NCBI GenBank assembly: GCA_963682135.1
Contig: OY821645.1
Span: 1,024,001-1,088,000, forward strand
Direction: 5' to 3'
DNA: 64,000 nt
Source of the DNA: Methanothrix sp.
GTDB taxonomy: Archaea; Halobacteriota; Methanosarcinia; Methanotrichales; Methanotrichaceae
The position numbers and the translations under genes are program-made. Numbering within the stretch: position 1 is the first letter of the stretch; every line of letters starts with the position of its first letter. Positions 47,573 through 58,684 of the stretch are shown one piece after another. The notes under the pieces are model-generated. The model did no database searches. It saw only the letters and a list, made by a program, of their open reading frames with translations, and was not told the DNA's origin.

Positions 47573-48672
47573 GATTTGCAAGCTGCACGGAAAAAATTGA
47601 GATATCAGGCATAAGGAAATGTTTTGAGGGAGCGGCCCCTGGGTCAGTTAATTTAGGGCTGGGCCAGCCGGACTTCGACACGCCGGAGCATATCAAGAAG
47701 GCGGCAATTGTTGCTATTGAAAAGGGACTGTGCGGCTATACTCCCAACTGTGGCGTGCCACAACTTCGCACTGCCATCGCGGAAAAGTTCTGCTCCGAGA
47801 ACCGGATCGATTGCATTGCCGAGGATATTATGGTAACCAGCGGGGCCAGCGAAGCCCTCTTCCTGGTTATAGCCGCTCTGGTCGACCGGGGCGAGGAGGT
47901 TCTGATAGGCGATCCGAGTTTCCTCTCCTATGCTGAGCTGACCCGCCTGGTGGGAGGCAGACCGGTGAGCGTTCCTCTTGATGATCATCTTCGTCTCGCG
48001 CCAGAGGATATTTCACAGAGGATTACAGACAATACCCGCCTGATAATAGTAAATTCGCCCTCCAATCCCACGGGTTCGGTGGCAACACCCCAGCAAATGC
48101 GCGCCATTGCAGAAATCGCCGAGGATAGAGGCATTTGGGTGCTCTCCGATGAGGTCTATGAGCATTTCATCTACCAGGGAGCGCATGTCAGCCCCGGCCA
48201 GTTCTCTGATAACGTCATCACCGTGAATGCCGTCTCCAAGACCTATGCTATGACCGGCTGGAGACTGGGCTATCTGGCTGCCAAAGGTGATGCTCTCGAG
48301 CAACTGCTCAAGATTCACCAGTATGTTCAGGCATGCGCCAGCTCCATCTCTCAGGCCGCGGCTCTGGAGGCCATCACCGGGCCGCAGGAGTGCGTAGCCC
48401 AGATGAGAGACGAATTCAAAGCCCGCCGGGATCTGCTGGTTAAAGGCTTCCGGGAGATGGGTATAGATATCATTGAGCCGGATGGCGCTTTCTACCTTTT
48501 CCCCCGAGTAGGAGACGGGGACGCGGTCGCTGCCCGCCTGGGCAAAGCGGGTGTCATCGCTGTTCCAGGATCGGCCTTTGGGCCGGGCGGAAAAGAGCAC
48601 ATCCGAATCTCTTATGCCGCGGCACGCTCTCAGCTTGAGGAAGCAATGCGACGCATGAAAGACATCCTTTAA
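47569..48672 (+). CDS. Class I/II PLP aminotransferase (AspC-like)
   Basis: GQPDF, NSPSNPTG, SDEVY, SKTYAMTGWRLG. Confidence 0.93.
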   Translation: MRFASCTEKIEISGIRKCFEGAAPGSVNLGLGQPDFDTPEHIKKAAIVAIEKGLCGYTPNCGVPQLRTAIAEKFCSENRIDCIAEDIMVTSGASEALFLVIAALVDRGEEVLIGDPSFLSYAELTRLVGGRPVSVPLDDHLRLAPEDISQRITDNTRLIIVNSPSNPTGSVATPQQMRAIAEIAEDRGIWVLSDEVYEHFIYQGAHVSPGQFSDNVITVNAVSKTYAMTGWRLGYLAAKGDALEQLLKIHQYVQACASSISQAAALEAITGPQECVAQMRDEFKARRDLLVKGFREMGIDIIEPDGAFYLFPRVGDGDAVAARLGKAGVIAVPGSAFGPGGKEHIRISYAAARSQLEEAMRRMKDIL

Positions 48673-48707
48673 ATAGGAGAGTTGCATTCGTCGCTAGGAG
48701 TGATGAA

Positions 48708-49091
48708 ATGAAGGAGCAGGTTGAGGTTAGAGAGCTGAAAGAAGGAAGATACGTTATCATTGACGAAGAGCCATGCATAATCAAGAGCATATCCCATTCC
48801 AAGCCCGGCAAACATGGCAGTGCCAAGGCTAGAGTGGATGCGATAGGCATCTTCGACAACCAGAAGAAGTCCATCGTTCAGCCGGTTACCACCAAGATTT
48901 ATGTGCCTACTGTGGAGCGCAAGACAGGACAGGTTCTCTCCATAAGCGATACCTCGGTGCAGCTCATGGATCTGGGTAGCTTCGCCACAGTCGACATTCC
49001 CATAACTGCGGATCAGAAGGAAAAGATCGAGGAAGGAAAAGAGGTTCCCTATCTCTTTGTCATGGGCAGGAGCAAGCTGGACCTGCGCTAA
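48708..49091 (+). CDS. eif5A: Translation initiation factor 5A
   Basis: SKPGKHGSAK hypusine motif. Confidence 0.96.
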   Translation: MKEQVEVRELKEGRYVIIDEEPCIIKSISHSKPGKHGSAKARVDAIGIFDNQKKSIVQPVTTKIYVPTVERKTGQVLSISDTSVQLMDLGSFATVDIPITADQKEKIEEGKEVPYLFVMGRSKLDLR

Positions 49092-49114
49092 AAGATCCTT
49101 CAAAATCTATTTTC

Positions 49115-49981
49115 ATGTTCCAAAGGTGCGGTTTTGCCGACGCCGATGCAGATTTGCAGGATGCGGACTACGTAGTGTTGGGGCTTCCCTTCGACGCAAC
49201 CGCATCTTTTCGATCCGGTTCGCGGGACGGACCGGATGCCATTCGTCTTGCCTCTTTTAACTTCGAGAGCTATGACTGCAATTATGACCTGGACTTGGCC
49301 ACTCTCGCCATTTGCGATCTGGGAAATATGGATCTAGGTGCAGATCCCGCTTATGCCGAGGAGACCATAAAGGAGGGCATTGTCCTGCTGCCCAAAGCTG
49401 CCGTTCCTGTCTTTTTAGGTGGAGAGCATTCCATTACCCCGCCAATTGTAGAGGGCCTGGCGCAGAAAAGCAGAGACGGAGCACTGGGCGTGCTGGTACT
49501 GGACGCACACCTGGATCTGCGCGAACAGTTCGGCAACACCAGATACAGCCATGCCTGCGCCAGCCGCAGAATCCTGGAGAAGAAGGGCATCGGCGCTTTT
49601 GCCTCCATCGGCATTCGCAGTGGCTGCAAAGAGGAGTTCACCTTCGCGAAGGAGAACGGCATATCGTACCACACTTCACGCGAAGTATTTGAGAGAGGCA
49701 TCGATTATGTTCTGGACGACGCATTGGAAAGACTGAATTGCGAGCGGCTCTACCTGTCCATCGACCTGGATGCTCTTGATCCGGCATTTGCGCCGGCGGT
49801 GGGCAACCCGGAGCCCTTTGGCCTCACCTCCTGGGATGTGTCGAGGGTCATTGAGCGTGTTGCACCACGGGCAGTGGGATTGGATATAAACGAGCTGACC
49901 CCGGCCTACGATCACGGCGAGACGGCGCTTCTGGCGGCAAGGCTCGCGCGGGAGTTCATAGCAGCAAAGGCAAAAAGATGA
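49115..49981 (+). CDS. speB: Agmatinase
   Basis: GGEHSIT, DAHLD, SHAC, SIDLDALDP..AP.VG.PE. Confidence 0.93.
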   Translation: MFQRCGFADADADLQDADYVVLGLPFDATASFRSGSRDGPDAIRLASFNFESYDCNYDLDLATLAICDLGNMDLGADPAYAEETIKEGIVLLPKAAVPVFLGGEHSITPPIVEGLAQKSRDGALGVLVLDAHLDLREQFGNTRYSHACASRRILEKKGIGAFASIGIRSGCKEEFTFAKENGISYHTSREVFERGIDYVLDDALERLNCERLYLSIDLDALDPAFAPAVGNPEPFGLTSWDVSRVIERVAPRAVGLDINELTPAYDHGETALLAARLAREFIAAKAKR

Positions 49982-50673
49982 GATTGATATGTGCATTGTT
50001 CATCCTTTTTCTCGCATTGATGTTGCAAGCAAGCGGTCAGCAGAACGCTGAAGGATGGCTGAGCATGCAGGGTCCAAATACGGCTCTATCCTTGATAGAC
50101 AAAGGCGTTGCCCTCGGGGACCAGGGCAAGTTCGATGAGGCCATCAAAGCTCTTGACGAGGCCATCAGGCTGGACACCAATTATGCCTATGCCTGGAACA
50201 GCAAAGGCATTATTCTCCATAACCAGGGTAGGTACGATGAGGCCATAAAATGCGTTAATGAGGCCATAAGGCTGGACCCCAATTATGCCTATGCTTGGAA
50301 CATCAAAGGCGTCATTCTCAGGAACCAGGGTGCGGCTCTCGATGACCCTGATATCAGTCTCGATGGCCAGGACAAGTACGATGAGGCTATGAGATGTTTT
50401 GATGAGGCCATCAGACTTAATCCCAACCTCACCCAGGCCTGGATCGACAAAGGCATAGCTCTCCTGGGCCAGGGTCGTGCCCTCATCCGTCTCGGTTTTA
50501 ATGGCAATAGTGAGTATGATAAGGCCATAAAATGCTTTGATGAGGCCATCAGTCTAAATCCTGACAATGCCGTGGTCTGGAATCAAAAAGGCGCTGCTCT
50601 TTATAAAATGGGCCGCGACACAGAGGCAGAAACTGCCTTTTCCAGAGCCAGGGAATTGGGGGGTAAAGGCTGA
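49978..50673 (+). CDS. Secreted TPR protein
   Basis: Signal peptide; repeated YDEAIK..DEAIRLDP..AYAW..KG. Confidence 0.85.
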   Translation: MRLICALFILFLALMLQASGQQNAEGWLSMQGPNTALSLIDKGVALGDQGKFDEAIKALDEAIRLDTNYAYAWNSKGIILHNQGRYDEAIKCVNEAIRLDPNYAYAWNIKGVILRNQGAALDDPDISLDGQDKYDEAMRCFDEAIRLNPNLTQAWIDKGIALLGQGRALIRLGFNGNSEYDKAIKCFDEAISLNPDNAVVWNQKGAALYKMGRDTEAETAFSRARELGGKG

Positions 50674-50692
50674 TTGCAGAAATGCTGCCAGT

Positions 50693-51661
50693 CTATTCAG
50701 GCGTCGTGATTTCTTTGTAACAGGTGCAATCGAATACGCTTTTTGTGTCAGCAGCAAACCCCTTTTTATCGAAGGGCATCATGTCTTTCCAGCCCGCAAA
50801 GCAGCATGGTAACCAACTGTTTGCTTTGTCGTCAGGGTCATCGGATCTATCGAATACGGTCTTCATATTTATCTTTCGCGTCAGATCATATGTGCCCCAA
50901 TATCGTTCTTCTCCCATACTGAATGCAGGATAATTCTGGTGTTTGGCATCGTACTCTGTATCTCTGAACCGATAGCTTAAATCTGCGATTCCCGTGGAGT
51001 TAGATTTGATTTCGTAACCCAAATATTTTGTCGGCTTGAACTCTGCAAAGATGGTGGAATCATCTACCGCCTGGACGGTAGCATTCATCCTTTGCAGCCA
51101 CATAATAGTTTTTTGTTCCTTAGATAGTTCACGGTTATATAGGAAGCTTGAACCCACAAAGTCTCCATTATTCCCCTCAAAATCTCGGTCATTTATTCCC
51201 TGACCAGAGTAATCGAGGGTTCTATTGCTCTTTATGAAGACAGGCCATTTCTCAGTCTCGTACTCGATTGTATATATATCAGTTCCAGCCGGCTTATCAA
51301 CTGTGATATTGATTTCGTCCGGGTAGATAGCAGACTGCATCATTATCAGGTCTGTCGATTTGTAGCTGCCTTCGAGAGAACTTGTCCTCTGCCTGAACCG
51401 AACGTCATTATTTCCTACTTCTGCATAATAGGACTGGTACGAATGCAGTATTCTACTACGCGCCTTTACTGGTGATATGTCTATAGGAGAAACGTTGCCT
51501 TTCACTGAGCTTGACAGGTCAAAACTGATATTACTACTCTGGCGATAGATGGACCAGTGAGACGCGTTGGTGTCGACGCTGCTCGCCCAGAAGATTGCAC
51601 TCGCGTTTGAATGAAGTGCAAATATCACTATCAATAGGAGTGCCAAAGGCCCATATTTCAT
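50693..51661 (-). CDS. Secreted hypothetical protein with Cys-rich C-terminus
   Basis: Signal peptide; WLPCC..GW..FDCTC tail. Confidence 0.75.
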   Translation of the reverse strand: MKYGPLALLLIVIFALHSNASAIFWASSVDTNASHWSIYRQSSNISFDLSSSVKGNVSPIDISPVKARSRILHSYQSYYAEVGNNDVRFRQRTSSLEGSYKSTDLIMMQSAIYPDEINITVDKPAGTDIYTIEYETEKWPVFIKSNRTLDYSGQGINDRDFEGNNGDFVGSSFLYNRELSKEQKTIMWLQRMNATVQAVDDSTIFAEFKPTKYLGYEIKSNSTGIADLSYRFRDTEYDAKHQNYPAFSMGEERYWGTYDLTRKINMKTVFDRSDDPDDKANSWLPCCFAGWKDMMPFDKKGFAADTKSVFDCTCYKEITTPE

Positions 51662-51662
51662 A

Positions 51663-52301
51663 TCAGGGGCAGGGCAAGGTCAAGAGAGATGCATTGCCGC
51701 TCTCCAGTGACATCCTCATATTCAGGTATCCGGAATAGGCACCGCTCATGACATAGATAGGCACCGCTGCGGAGCTTTTTTGCACCCGCGCTCCTACTCT
51801 GGCCGTTCCCTCTACCTCGGAATGAATGCTGTAGACAGAGTTGTTGTCCGTCTGGCTGACGGATGTATCCTTGATCAGCTCCACCAGGCCTGAATAACTC
51901 TCCGAGTAGACCGATCCCACCTCATAATTCTTGGCGCATAGCGCGTTCTTTAGCTCGCTATTGGTTATGGGCGCACTGTATCTGGACGGCCTGTTCTGAT
52001 ATACACCCCATTCGTTCGACATGATCTCATTGTAGCCGTCTTCAAAGCCGCCGTAGACCTGTGTATTAATCGTTCGGGAGACGGTACCGGTGCCTCTTGT
52101 TCCTATGACCAGCTTCTGTCCATGAAGACCGGCTTCCGACTGGTAAATGCGCATTTCGTCTGTGGTTCCCTGACTGTAGATCCAGGAATGCTCAGTGAGA
52201 TTCTGGGGCACTTTTGCGGCATTAACAACAAGAACGCTTGTGCTGGCAATAACAGATATTATCACTAATCCGAAAATCAACGATCCGGGCCACCATCTCA
52301 T
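51663..52301 (-). CDS. Secreted hypothetical protein
   Basis: GAGGTG RBS, signal peptide, ends LPCP; 1 bp from the next gene. Confidence 0.72.
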   Translation of the reverse strand: MRWWPGSLIFGLVIISVIASTSVLVVNAAKVPQNLTEHSWIYSQGTTDEMRIYQSEAGLHGQKLVIGTRGTGTVSRTINTQVYGGFEDGYNEIMSNEWGVYQNRPSRYSAPITNSELKNALCAKNYEVGSVYSESYSGLVELIKDTSVSQTDNNSVYSIHSEVEGTARVGARVQKSSAAVPIYVMSGAYSGYLNMRMSLESGNASLLTLPCP

Positions 52302-52357
52302 CTGAACACCTCAACCACAGAGCCTTCATAGCCGGGCATTGAATATAAATGTGATCC

Positions 52358-53224
52358 CTATTTTCGCTTATTGCGTCCTCGCTGCTTGATTTCTCTCAGG
52401 CGGGTTTCCAGAGATGTCTGCAGATGCAAAGAGGGGCCGGCTGCGAATTGGTCCAGGCGAGCAGCGATGGCCAGCTTTGCCGCCAGGGTGCGAGCCACAC
52501 GCCCCCTCAGCTTTTTAGCGGACCCTATCACGGCGGGATGGCGAAAGATTATGCCGTGCTTGGGAGAAGGTGCTTGGCCCTTGAGATGCTTGAAGAGAGA
52601 CTTTTCTGCGCCTAAGACCTGTATTCGACTGGAAGGCATCTTTGCCAAATAACATAGCCCGCCTGCCCGGGAGATGAGCCGCGCCGCCAGGATGGGGCCC
52701 GCGAGAGCTGAGAGATTGGGGGCCAGAGTCTGCACCGTGGCAGAGACGTCTGCTTGCGTGGCATTGCGTGACTCTCGCAGGTTCAGGATCGCTTTGGCCA
52801 GTGTGCCCATATTCTCGTCTTCTTTTAATCCTTGAGCCAGATCATTTCCATGAACGATCTCCTGGCTGTGCAGGCGGGACCATTCGTAGAGACTCTCGTC
52901 GAGCAGATTGATCGCCTGGGAGAAATTATCCAGGGCCTGCATGGCCTGAAGAAGATCCTGCTCAACCGTGCTGCCCGACAGAATGCTTCGGCGCACCAGG
53001 CCCAGGGCAGTTTCTCGCAGCAGCTTGTTATATTCTTCGTCGTCAGAGGCAAAGTTGCAGCTCTTGGCCAGGGCGCGCAGGTCGGGCTGAGGAAGAGGAA
53101 AGACATTGTCCGGATCCTGCTCGATCTTCAGTTTTCCTTCTGATCCTTCTCTGCCAGGCAAGCTTTCAGTCAGCAAGCATCCTGTCTGCAGGTCAACTCT
53201 TCCAAACCAGGTCAAAAGCTCCAT
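52358..53224 (-). CDS. nop5: Nop5/Nop56 box C/D sRNP protein
   Basis: APNLSALAG..ARLISRAGG, PSSRIQVLGAEK, PKHGIIF, RTLAAK. Confidence 0.9.
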   Translation of the reverse strand: MELLTWFGRVDLQTGCLLTESLPGREGSEGKLKIEQDPDNVFPLPQPDLRALAKSCNFASDDEEYNKLLRETALGLVRRSILSGSTVEQDLLQAMQALDNFSQAINLLDESLYEWSRLHSQEIVHGNDLAQGLKEDENMGTLAKAILNLRESRNATQADVSATVQTLAPNLSALAGPILAARLISRAGGLCYLAKMPSSRIQVLGAEKSLFKHLKGQAPSPKHGIIFRHPAVIGSAKKLRGRVARTLAAKLAIAARLDQFAAGPSLHLQTSLETRLREIKQRGRNKRK

Positions 53225-53338
53225 TTGCTAATACTCCTGCCCGATCTGGAATAGATTACTTTCGCCCCGCGGTGATTCAGCTTAAATACTTCCAGGGCAA
53301 GTTACAGTCACCTCTCAATAAAAAAATTAGGGGGCATA

Positions 53339-54574
53339 TTGTCTATGAAAGAACTGGTTGATCAGATAAAAACTCGTCTCAGGGATCAGAAGATCGAGGT
53401 CTCTGATGAGGATATCGAGTCTCGTCTAAAGAAGCTCATCGTGGATTTTCGTGTTCCCGAGAGCGAAGCGAGAAGATCGGTTTTAAATTACTTCTTCAAA
53501 GAGCACGGCATAGTGCCTCAGGTCAGGGCCGGCTCGGATAAGGTCAAGATCGCCGATATCAAGGAGGCGGGCAAATGGGTGGATCTGGAGGTCAAGGTTC
53601 TGGATCTCTGGGAGCCGGCAGCCGAGACCATCTCTCAGACGGGACTATTGGGCGATGCGACCGGGTCCATCAAATTTGTGAAGTGGACCAAGTCTGATCT
53701 GCCCAATCTGGAGCTGGGCCGTAGCTATATCTTAAAAAAATTGGTCACGGATGAGTTTCAGGGCAGGTTTTCCGTAAAACTGAATCGCACCAGCCAGATC
53801 GAGCCGTTAGATGTCGATGTGGAGGCAAAGCCTGCTAGCAGAGCCCCGCAGCAAGTAACGGTGGCACAGATCAATGAGCCCGGCCTATGGGTTGACCTGA
53901 AGGTTAAGGTGGCACAGCTCTGGGAGACGAACAGCGAAGCCATCTCTCAGTCAGGATTGGTGGGCGACGAAACCGGAGCCATAAAATTTGTGAAGTGGAC
54001 TAAGGCTGATTTGCCGGATCTGGAGGATGGCAAGAGCTACCTTCTCAAGAACCTGGTAACAGATGAGTTTCAGGGCAGGTTTTCTGTAAAACTAAATCGC
54101 ACCAGCCAGATCGAACCGTTAGATGTCGATGTAGAGATAGGCTCCATCGCCGCAGAGTTTTCAGGTGCCCTGGTAGATGTGCAGAAGGGCTCCGGGCTGA
54201 TCAAACGTTGCCCGGTTTGCAAGCGCTCTCTGGCCAAGGGTGTCTGCAGCGAACATGGAAAGGTGGACGGCACTTATGATCTGCGCATTAAAGCCGTGCT
54301 GGACGACGGCCGCCGGGTTCAGGATCTGCTGGTCAATCGGGAGACCACGGAGAGGCTACTGAATCTCACATTAGAAGAGGCAAAGCAGATGGCCATGGAA
54401 GCGCTCGATCATGAGGTGGTGCACTCATTAATTGAGAGCAAACTGATGGGAAGATACTATTCCATAACAGGTCCGAGGATTGATCGCTATCTTCTTGTGG
54501 AAAGCATCAACGAAATCCCGCCGGTATCAGCGGCGCAGGTGGACGAGCTAATGGCTGCAATGGAGGTGGCATAA
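53339..54574 (+). CDS. rpa: Replication protein A (ssDNA binding; duplicated OB folds plus Zn finger)
   Basis: Two near-identical OB folds (DL.VKV..LWE..GD.TG.IKF); CPVC..CSEHG; DLRIKAVLDDG. Confidence 0.9.
   Translation: MSMKELVDQIKTRLRDQKIEVSDEDIESRLKKLIVDFRVPESEARRSVLNYFFKEHGIVPQVRAGSDKVKIADIKEAGKWVDLEVKVLDLWEPAAETISQTGLLGDATGSIKFVKWTKSDLPNLELGRSYILKKLVTDEFQGRFSVKLNRTSQIEPLDVDVEAKPASRAPQQVTVAQINEPGLWVDLKVKVAQLWETNSEAISQSGLVGDETGAIKFVKWTKADLPDLEDGKSYLLKNLVTDEFQGRFSVKLNRTSQIEPLDVDVEIGSIAAEFSGALVDVQKGSGLIKRCPVCKRSLAKGVCSEHGKVDGTYDLRIKAVLDDGRRVQDLLVNRETTERLLNLTLEEAKQMAMEALDHEVVHSLIESKLMGRYYSITGPRIDRYLLVESINEIPPVSAAQVDELMAAMEVA
53560..54135 (+). repeat. 312-bp-period internal duplication in rpa
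   Basis: GATGAGTTTCAGGGCAGGTTT...AATCGCACCAGCCAGATCGA..CCGTTAGATGTCGATGT at 53750 and 54062. Confidence 0.85.
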
Positions 54575-54576
54575 AA

Positions 54577-55437
54577 ATGGCAGGAATGGCAGGGTTTTCG
54601 CGAGAAGTGGCAAAGAGGATCTTCGCCGAGGAGCTGAAGAGTTCCAACTACTCTTTCCGTGACGGGGAGGATCAGCACCAATATGCACCTTCATATCTTC
54701 TTACCCCCACGGGGGCTAAATGCAATCGCGTTTTCGTAGTGGGCACCCTCACAGAGAAGGATGACATCGGCAGCGATACGGAGTACTGGCGGGGAAGAGT
54801 GGTAGATCCCACGGGAAGCATACTGATCTATGCCGGTCAGTACCAGCCTGAGGCGGCACAGATACTTGCCTGCATGGAGGCGCCCTCATATGTCGCCGTG
54901 GTAGGCAAGCCCAATCTCTACCAGACCGATGACGGAAATATCATCATATCTCTGCGTGCGGAGTCCATTTCGCGGGTGGATGAGAATACCAGAAACCAGT
55001 GGATAATTGACACCGCTCGCCGTACCTTGGAGAGACTGGATACCCTCAAGAATGCCAGCTCCATCCCGGCATCCAGCGATTTTACCACTGCTGATAATGT
55101 GCCTGCTTCCACTTCCTCGTCGACTCCCGCACAGGACGCCGATAAAGCTTTGCAGCATTATCAAACCGATATAGGTCACTTCCGAGAGATGGTCCTTCGC
55201 GCGCTTACCTCATTGAGGGCGGAACTGGTCAAGAGCGACGAACATTCGGAAACGATAGCTTCCAAGAGTGCAGTTGCCCAGGGCGTGAAGAAGACCGCAG
55301 CCGCTGCGCCAGCGTCGGCGGAAGAGATGCCTTCTTCCCGAAAAAACAAGCCCAAGAAGAGCGAGACTTTTGATGCCTGGCCGCAGTCTGGGGATGAGGA
55401 TGAGGTAGAGACCATTAACATCGGCAAGAAGAGCTGA
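54577..55437 (+). CDS. RPA-associated OB-fold protein (RPA2/rpap-like)
   Basis: REVAKRIFA.E, PTGAKCNRVFVVG.LTE, DPTG..YAGQYQPEA. Confidence 0.85.
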   Translation: MAGMAGFSREVAKRIFAEELKSSNYSFRDGEDQHQYAPSYLLTPTGAKCNRVFVVGTLTEKDDIGSDTEYWRGRVVDPTGSILIYAGQYQPEAAQILACMEAPSYVAVVGKPNLYQTDDGNIIISLRAESISRVDENTRNQWIIDTARRTLERLDTLKNASSIPASSDFTTADNVPASTSSSTPAQDADKALQHYQTDIGHFREMVLRALTSLRAELVKSDEHSETIASKSAVAQGVKKTAAAAPASAEEMPSSRKNKPKKSETFDAWPQSGDEDEVETINIGKKS

Positions 55438-55484
55438 AAAGTTTTAAATAATGTGTGGAGGCTCTACAACATGGGTGAATCAAT

Positions 55485-55715
55485 ATGGTAATTGGAGTAA
55501 CGATGGTAAAGGTGGTGCCAGGACAGGAGAAGACCGTCTACAATGCCTTGCAGGAGATAGACGGCATTAAGGATGTCTACCATGTCTTCGGCGAATTCGA
55601 CTTCGTAGTCATCATCGAGGTTGAGGGTCTGAGCATGTTGAATAAGCTTGTGGACGTTATCCGTGAGATCGATAACGTAACCGCTACCCAAACCGTAGTC
55701 GGGGCTGAACTTTAG
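55485..55715 (+). CDS. Stand-alone Lrp/AsnC ligand-binding domain protein
   Basis: V.PG.E..V...L....YHVFGEFD. Confidence 0.85.
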   Translation: MVIGVTMVKVVPGQEKTVYNALQEIDGIKDVYHVFGEFDFVVIIEVEGLSMLNKLVDVIREIDNVTATQTVVGAEL

Positions 55716-55732
55716 CCCTTTTTCCCTTTTTT

Positions 55733-57568
55733 ATGGAAATTGCCGAGGAGCTGGCCAAGCAGCAAAAAGCCATCTCTGTAGCTGAATTTTTTGAGAAGAA
55801 TCGCCAGATCCTGGGATTCGACTCAGCGCCGCGAGCCCTCATTACCTGTGTGAAAGAGGCTGTAGACAATTCCCTGGATGCCTGTGAGGATGCCGGGATA
55901 CTGCCGGATATTTTTGTGCAGATAAAGAAGAGCGGCGAATACTATCAGGTTATTGTTGAGGATAACGGACCGGGCATTGTGCAAGAGGAGATCCCGCGCG
56001 TTTTCGCCAAATTGCTCTATGGATCGCGTTTTCATACTCTGCGCCAGAGCCGCGGCCAGCAGGGCATAGGCATATCTGCCGCGGTGCTTTATTCCCAGCT
56101 CACCAGCGGCAGGCCTACTAAGGTCATCTCCAAAATCGCTGCGAACAGACCGGCTCGTTACTGCGAGCTGCTGATAAATACAGCTAAAAACGAGCCTGAG
56201 ATTTTAAAATCAGAGGATATGGACTGGGAACGCCCCAGAGGCACGCGCGTGGAGCTGGAGATGGAGGGCACCTATGTGCGAGGTCGCCGCCAGTCGGTCT
56301 ACGGCTCGCTGAAGAGCACAGCCATTGTCAATCCCCATGCGCGCTTGACTCTGGTGGAGCCGGAGGGCAATGTAGAGGTCTTCGAGAGGGTCACAGAGAG
56401 TCTGCCCAAAAAAGCCTATGCCATTTCCCCTCATCCGGAAGGAATTGAGCTGGGCGAGCTGATCAAACTATTGCGCTACACTGACAAGAAGAAGATGCGC
56501 GTCTTCTTAAAAGAGACCTTCTCTTCCATAGGTGCAATCTCCGCTCAGGAGCTATGCAGCCGGGCGGACCTGGACCCGGAAGAGGCCCCTACCAACCTGG
56601 ATCACGATGCTGCAGCGCGCCTGCACCGTGCCTTCAAACAGATCAAGGTCAAGTCACCTCCTGTGGACTGCCTGTCACCCATAGGCGAGGAGCTGGTCAA
56701 GGCCGGATTGGAGAAGGAGTACAGGCTGGACTATATCGCCACCACAGTCCGGCCGGTATCAGTCTATTCGGGCAACCCCTTCCTGGTCGAGGTGGGACTG
56801 GGGTACGGAGGAGAGCTGGAGAAGGAGAGCCGCGTTGAACTCTTGCGCTTTGCCAATCGCGTTCCTCTTGTCTATCAGCAGGGTGCCTGTGCCATAACTC
56901 ACGCTGTGGAGAGCGTCTCTTGGAAGAACTATTCCCTGAGTCAACCCACGGGAAGCGGTGTGCCGGTCGGTCCGGTAGTGTTGCTGGTTCATATCGCCTC
57001 CACCAATATTCCGTTCACCTCGGAGAGCAAAGATGCGCTGGCCGATATGCCGGAGATTTTGACAGAGATTGATCTGGGGCTGAAAGAGGTAGCAAGAAAG
57101 CTGCGTCGTTACCTGGGCAGGCAGAGCCTTCTCTCGGAAAGACGTGAGAAGGAGGAGATCATAAGAAAGATCCTGCCGCGTATCGCCCAGAAGCTCTCCG
57201 ACGTTCTGGAAAAGGATCTGCCGGATATCGGGCCGGTAGTGGCCAAGATCATGGGCAATCTTCTCGTCTTGCGCAAGGTGGAGAGGAATAACGGACAGTT
57301 GTCCGTCAAAATCCTGGTAGAAAATCATAGCGAAGTGTTGCGTTCCTTTAAGCTGCATGAGGTGCTGGCAGTGCAGGCCGAGAGCGTCTCGCCTGCTGCT
57401 AGAGTTGTTCCTCTGGGTGAGAGTTATGATTATCACTGGAAGCTCGCAATTGCACCGGGCCAGGCTGCCACCCTCAGTTACAGCGTCACGGCAGAAGGCG
57501 TGGCCCTGAAAGAGCCGGTGATCGAGGGTCTGGATGCAGAAATTGTCACAGGGGCCAGGGTGATCTAG
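55733..57568 (+). CDS. top6B: DNA topoisomerase VI subunit B
   Basis: [43 protein letters not shown]. Confidence 0.97.
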   Translation: MEIAEELAKQQKAISVAEFFEKNRQILGFDSAPRALITCVKEAVDNSLDACEDAGILPDIFVQIKKSGEYYQVIVEDNGPGIVQEEIPRVFAKLLYGSRFHTLRQSRGQQGIGISAAVLYSQLTSGRPTKVISKIAANRPARYCELLINTAKNEPEILKSEDMDWERPRGTRVELEMEGTYVRGRRQSVYGSLKSTAIVNPHARLTLVEPEGNVEVFERVTESLPKKAYAISPHPEGIELGELIKLLRYTDKKKMRVFLKETFSSIGAISAQELCSRADLDPEEAPTNLDHDAAARLHRAFKQIKVKSPPVDCLSPIGEELVKAGLEKEYRLDYIATTVRPVSVYSGNPFLVEVGLGYGGELEKESRVELLRFANRVPLVYQQGACAITHAVESVSWKNYSLSQPTGSGVPVGPVVLLVHIASTNIPFTSESKDALADMPEILTEIDLGLKEVARKLRRYLGRQSLLSERREKEEIIRKILPRIAQKLSDVLEKDLPDIGPVVAKIMGNLLVLRKVERNNGQLSVKILVENHSEVLRSFKLHEVLAVQAESVSPAARVVPLGESYDYHWKLAIAPGQAATLSYSVTAEGVALKEPVIEGLDAEIVTGARVI

Positions 57569-57571
57569 CCA

Positions 57572-58684
57572 ATGGAAAAATCCGACGAGATTATAAAGAA
57601 AGCTGAAAAATCAAAAATAGCTCAGGAGAATCTGCTTATCCTTGCGGATACTCTTTACAACCAGTTTCAGCAGGGCATAGTGCCCCATATCTCCCTGCCC
57701 TCTCGAACCAAAGGAAACATAGAGTTTTCCACCAAGGAAGATGTCTGGATTTATGGAGACCAGGAGACGACACGCAGCGTCAAGACCGTGCGGGGAGCCA
57801 AGACACTGCTCAAGACGGTCCACCTGGCTGAGCTTCTCATCAAAGAGCATCTCAAAAACAATCGCGGCTCGACTTTGAGAGAGATCTATTACATCTCCGA
57901 GAACTGGGATATCGCCAAATTTCATGAGCAAGCGGAAAGTGACCGGCTGATCGAGGATCTGGAGATCGTTACCTCTCTGCACCGCGAGGACTTTCACGTC
58001 CGGCCGGAAGAGGATGGCGCAGCCGTCTTCGGGCCTCTGCGCCTCAAAGAGCAAACTCGACGCGGCGAGCGGGAGATGCACTGCCAGGAGGATGTGGGGG
58101 AGGCCGGCTACCAGATACCCTTCAATGTGGATAACATCGAATTTTTGAGCCATGATGCTAGAATGGTCATGGCCATTGAGACGGGCGGAATGTATGCCCG
58201 GCTGATCGAGAACGGCTTTGATGAGGAGTACAATGCCATTCTGGTTCATATCAAAGGCCAGCCGGCCCGGTCCACGCGCCGCATCATAAAAAGGCTGAAT
58301 GCGGAACTGAACATTCCGGTGGTGGTCTTTACGGATGGCGATCCCTGGTCCTATCGCATCTTTGCCAGCATAGCCTACGGAGCCATCAAGAGCGCTCACC
58401 TCTCCGAGCACCTGGTCACTCCCGGGGCGCGTTTCCTGGGGGTGCAGCCCAGCGACATCGTGGACTACAATCTCTCTACAGACAAGCTGACCGATAAGGA
58501 TCTACAGGCCCTGCGCAGCGAGCTGACCGACCCCCGGTTCAATACTCCTTACTGGGAAAAGCAGATCCGGCTGCAGCTGGACCTCAAGCAGAAAGCAGAG
58601 CAGCAGGCCTTTGCCGGCAAGGGCCTGGATTATGTGACCAAGACCTACCTGCCGGAGAGGCTCACTGAGATGGGGATAATTTGA
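57572..58684 (+). CDS. top6A: DNA topoisomerase VI subunit A
   Basis: [30 protein letters not shown]. Confidence 0.97.
   Translation: MEKSDEIIKKAEKSKIAQENLLILADTLYNQFQQGIVPHISLPSRTKGNIEFSTKEDVWIYGDQETTRSVKTVRGAKTLLKTVHLAELLIKEHLKNNRGSTLREIYYISENWDIAKFHEQAESDRLIEDLEIVTSLHREDFHVRPEEDGAAVFGPLRLKEQTRRGEREMHCQEDVGEAGYQIPFNVDNIEFLSHDARMVMAIETGGMYARLIENGFDEEYNAILVHIKGQPARSTRRIIKRLNAELNIPVVVFTDGDPWSYRIFASIAYGAIKSAHLSEHLVTPGARFLGVQPSDIVDYNLSTDKLTDKDLQALRSELTDPRFNTPYWEKQIRLQLDLKQKAEQQAFAGKGLDYVTKTYLPERLTEMGII

Noticed and set aside
48708-49981. eIF5A next to agmatinase
   Set aside because: This is a known archaeal linkage between polyamine metabolism and hypusination, not novel.
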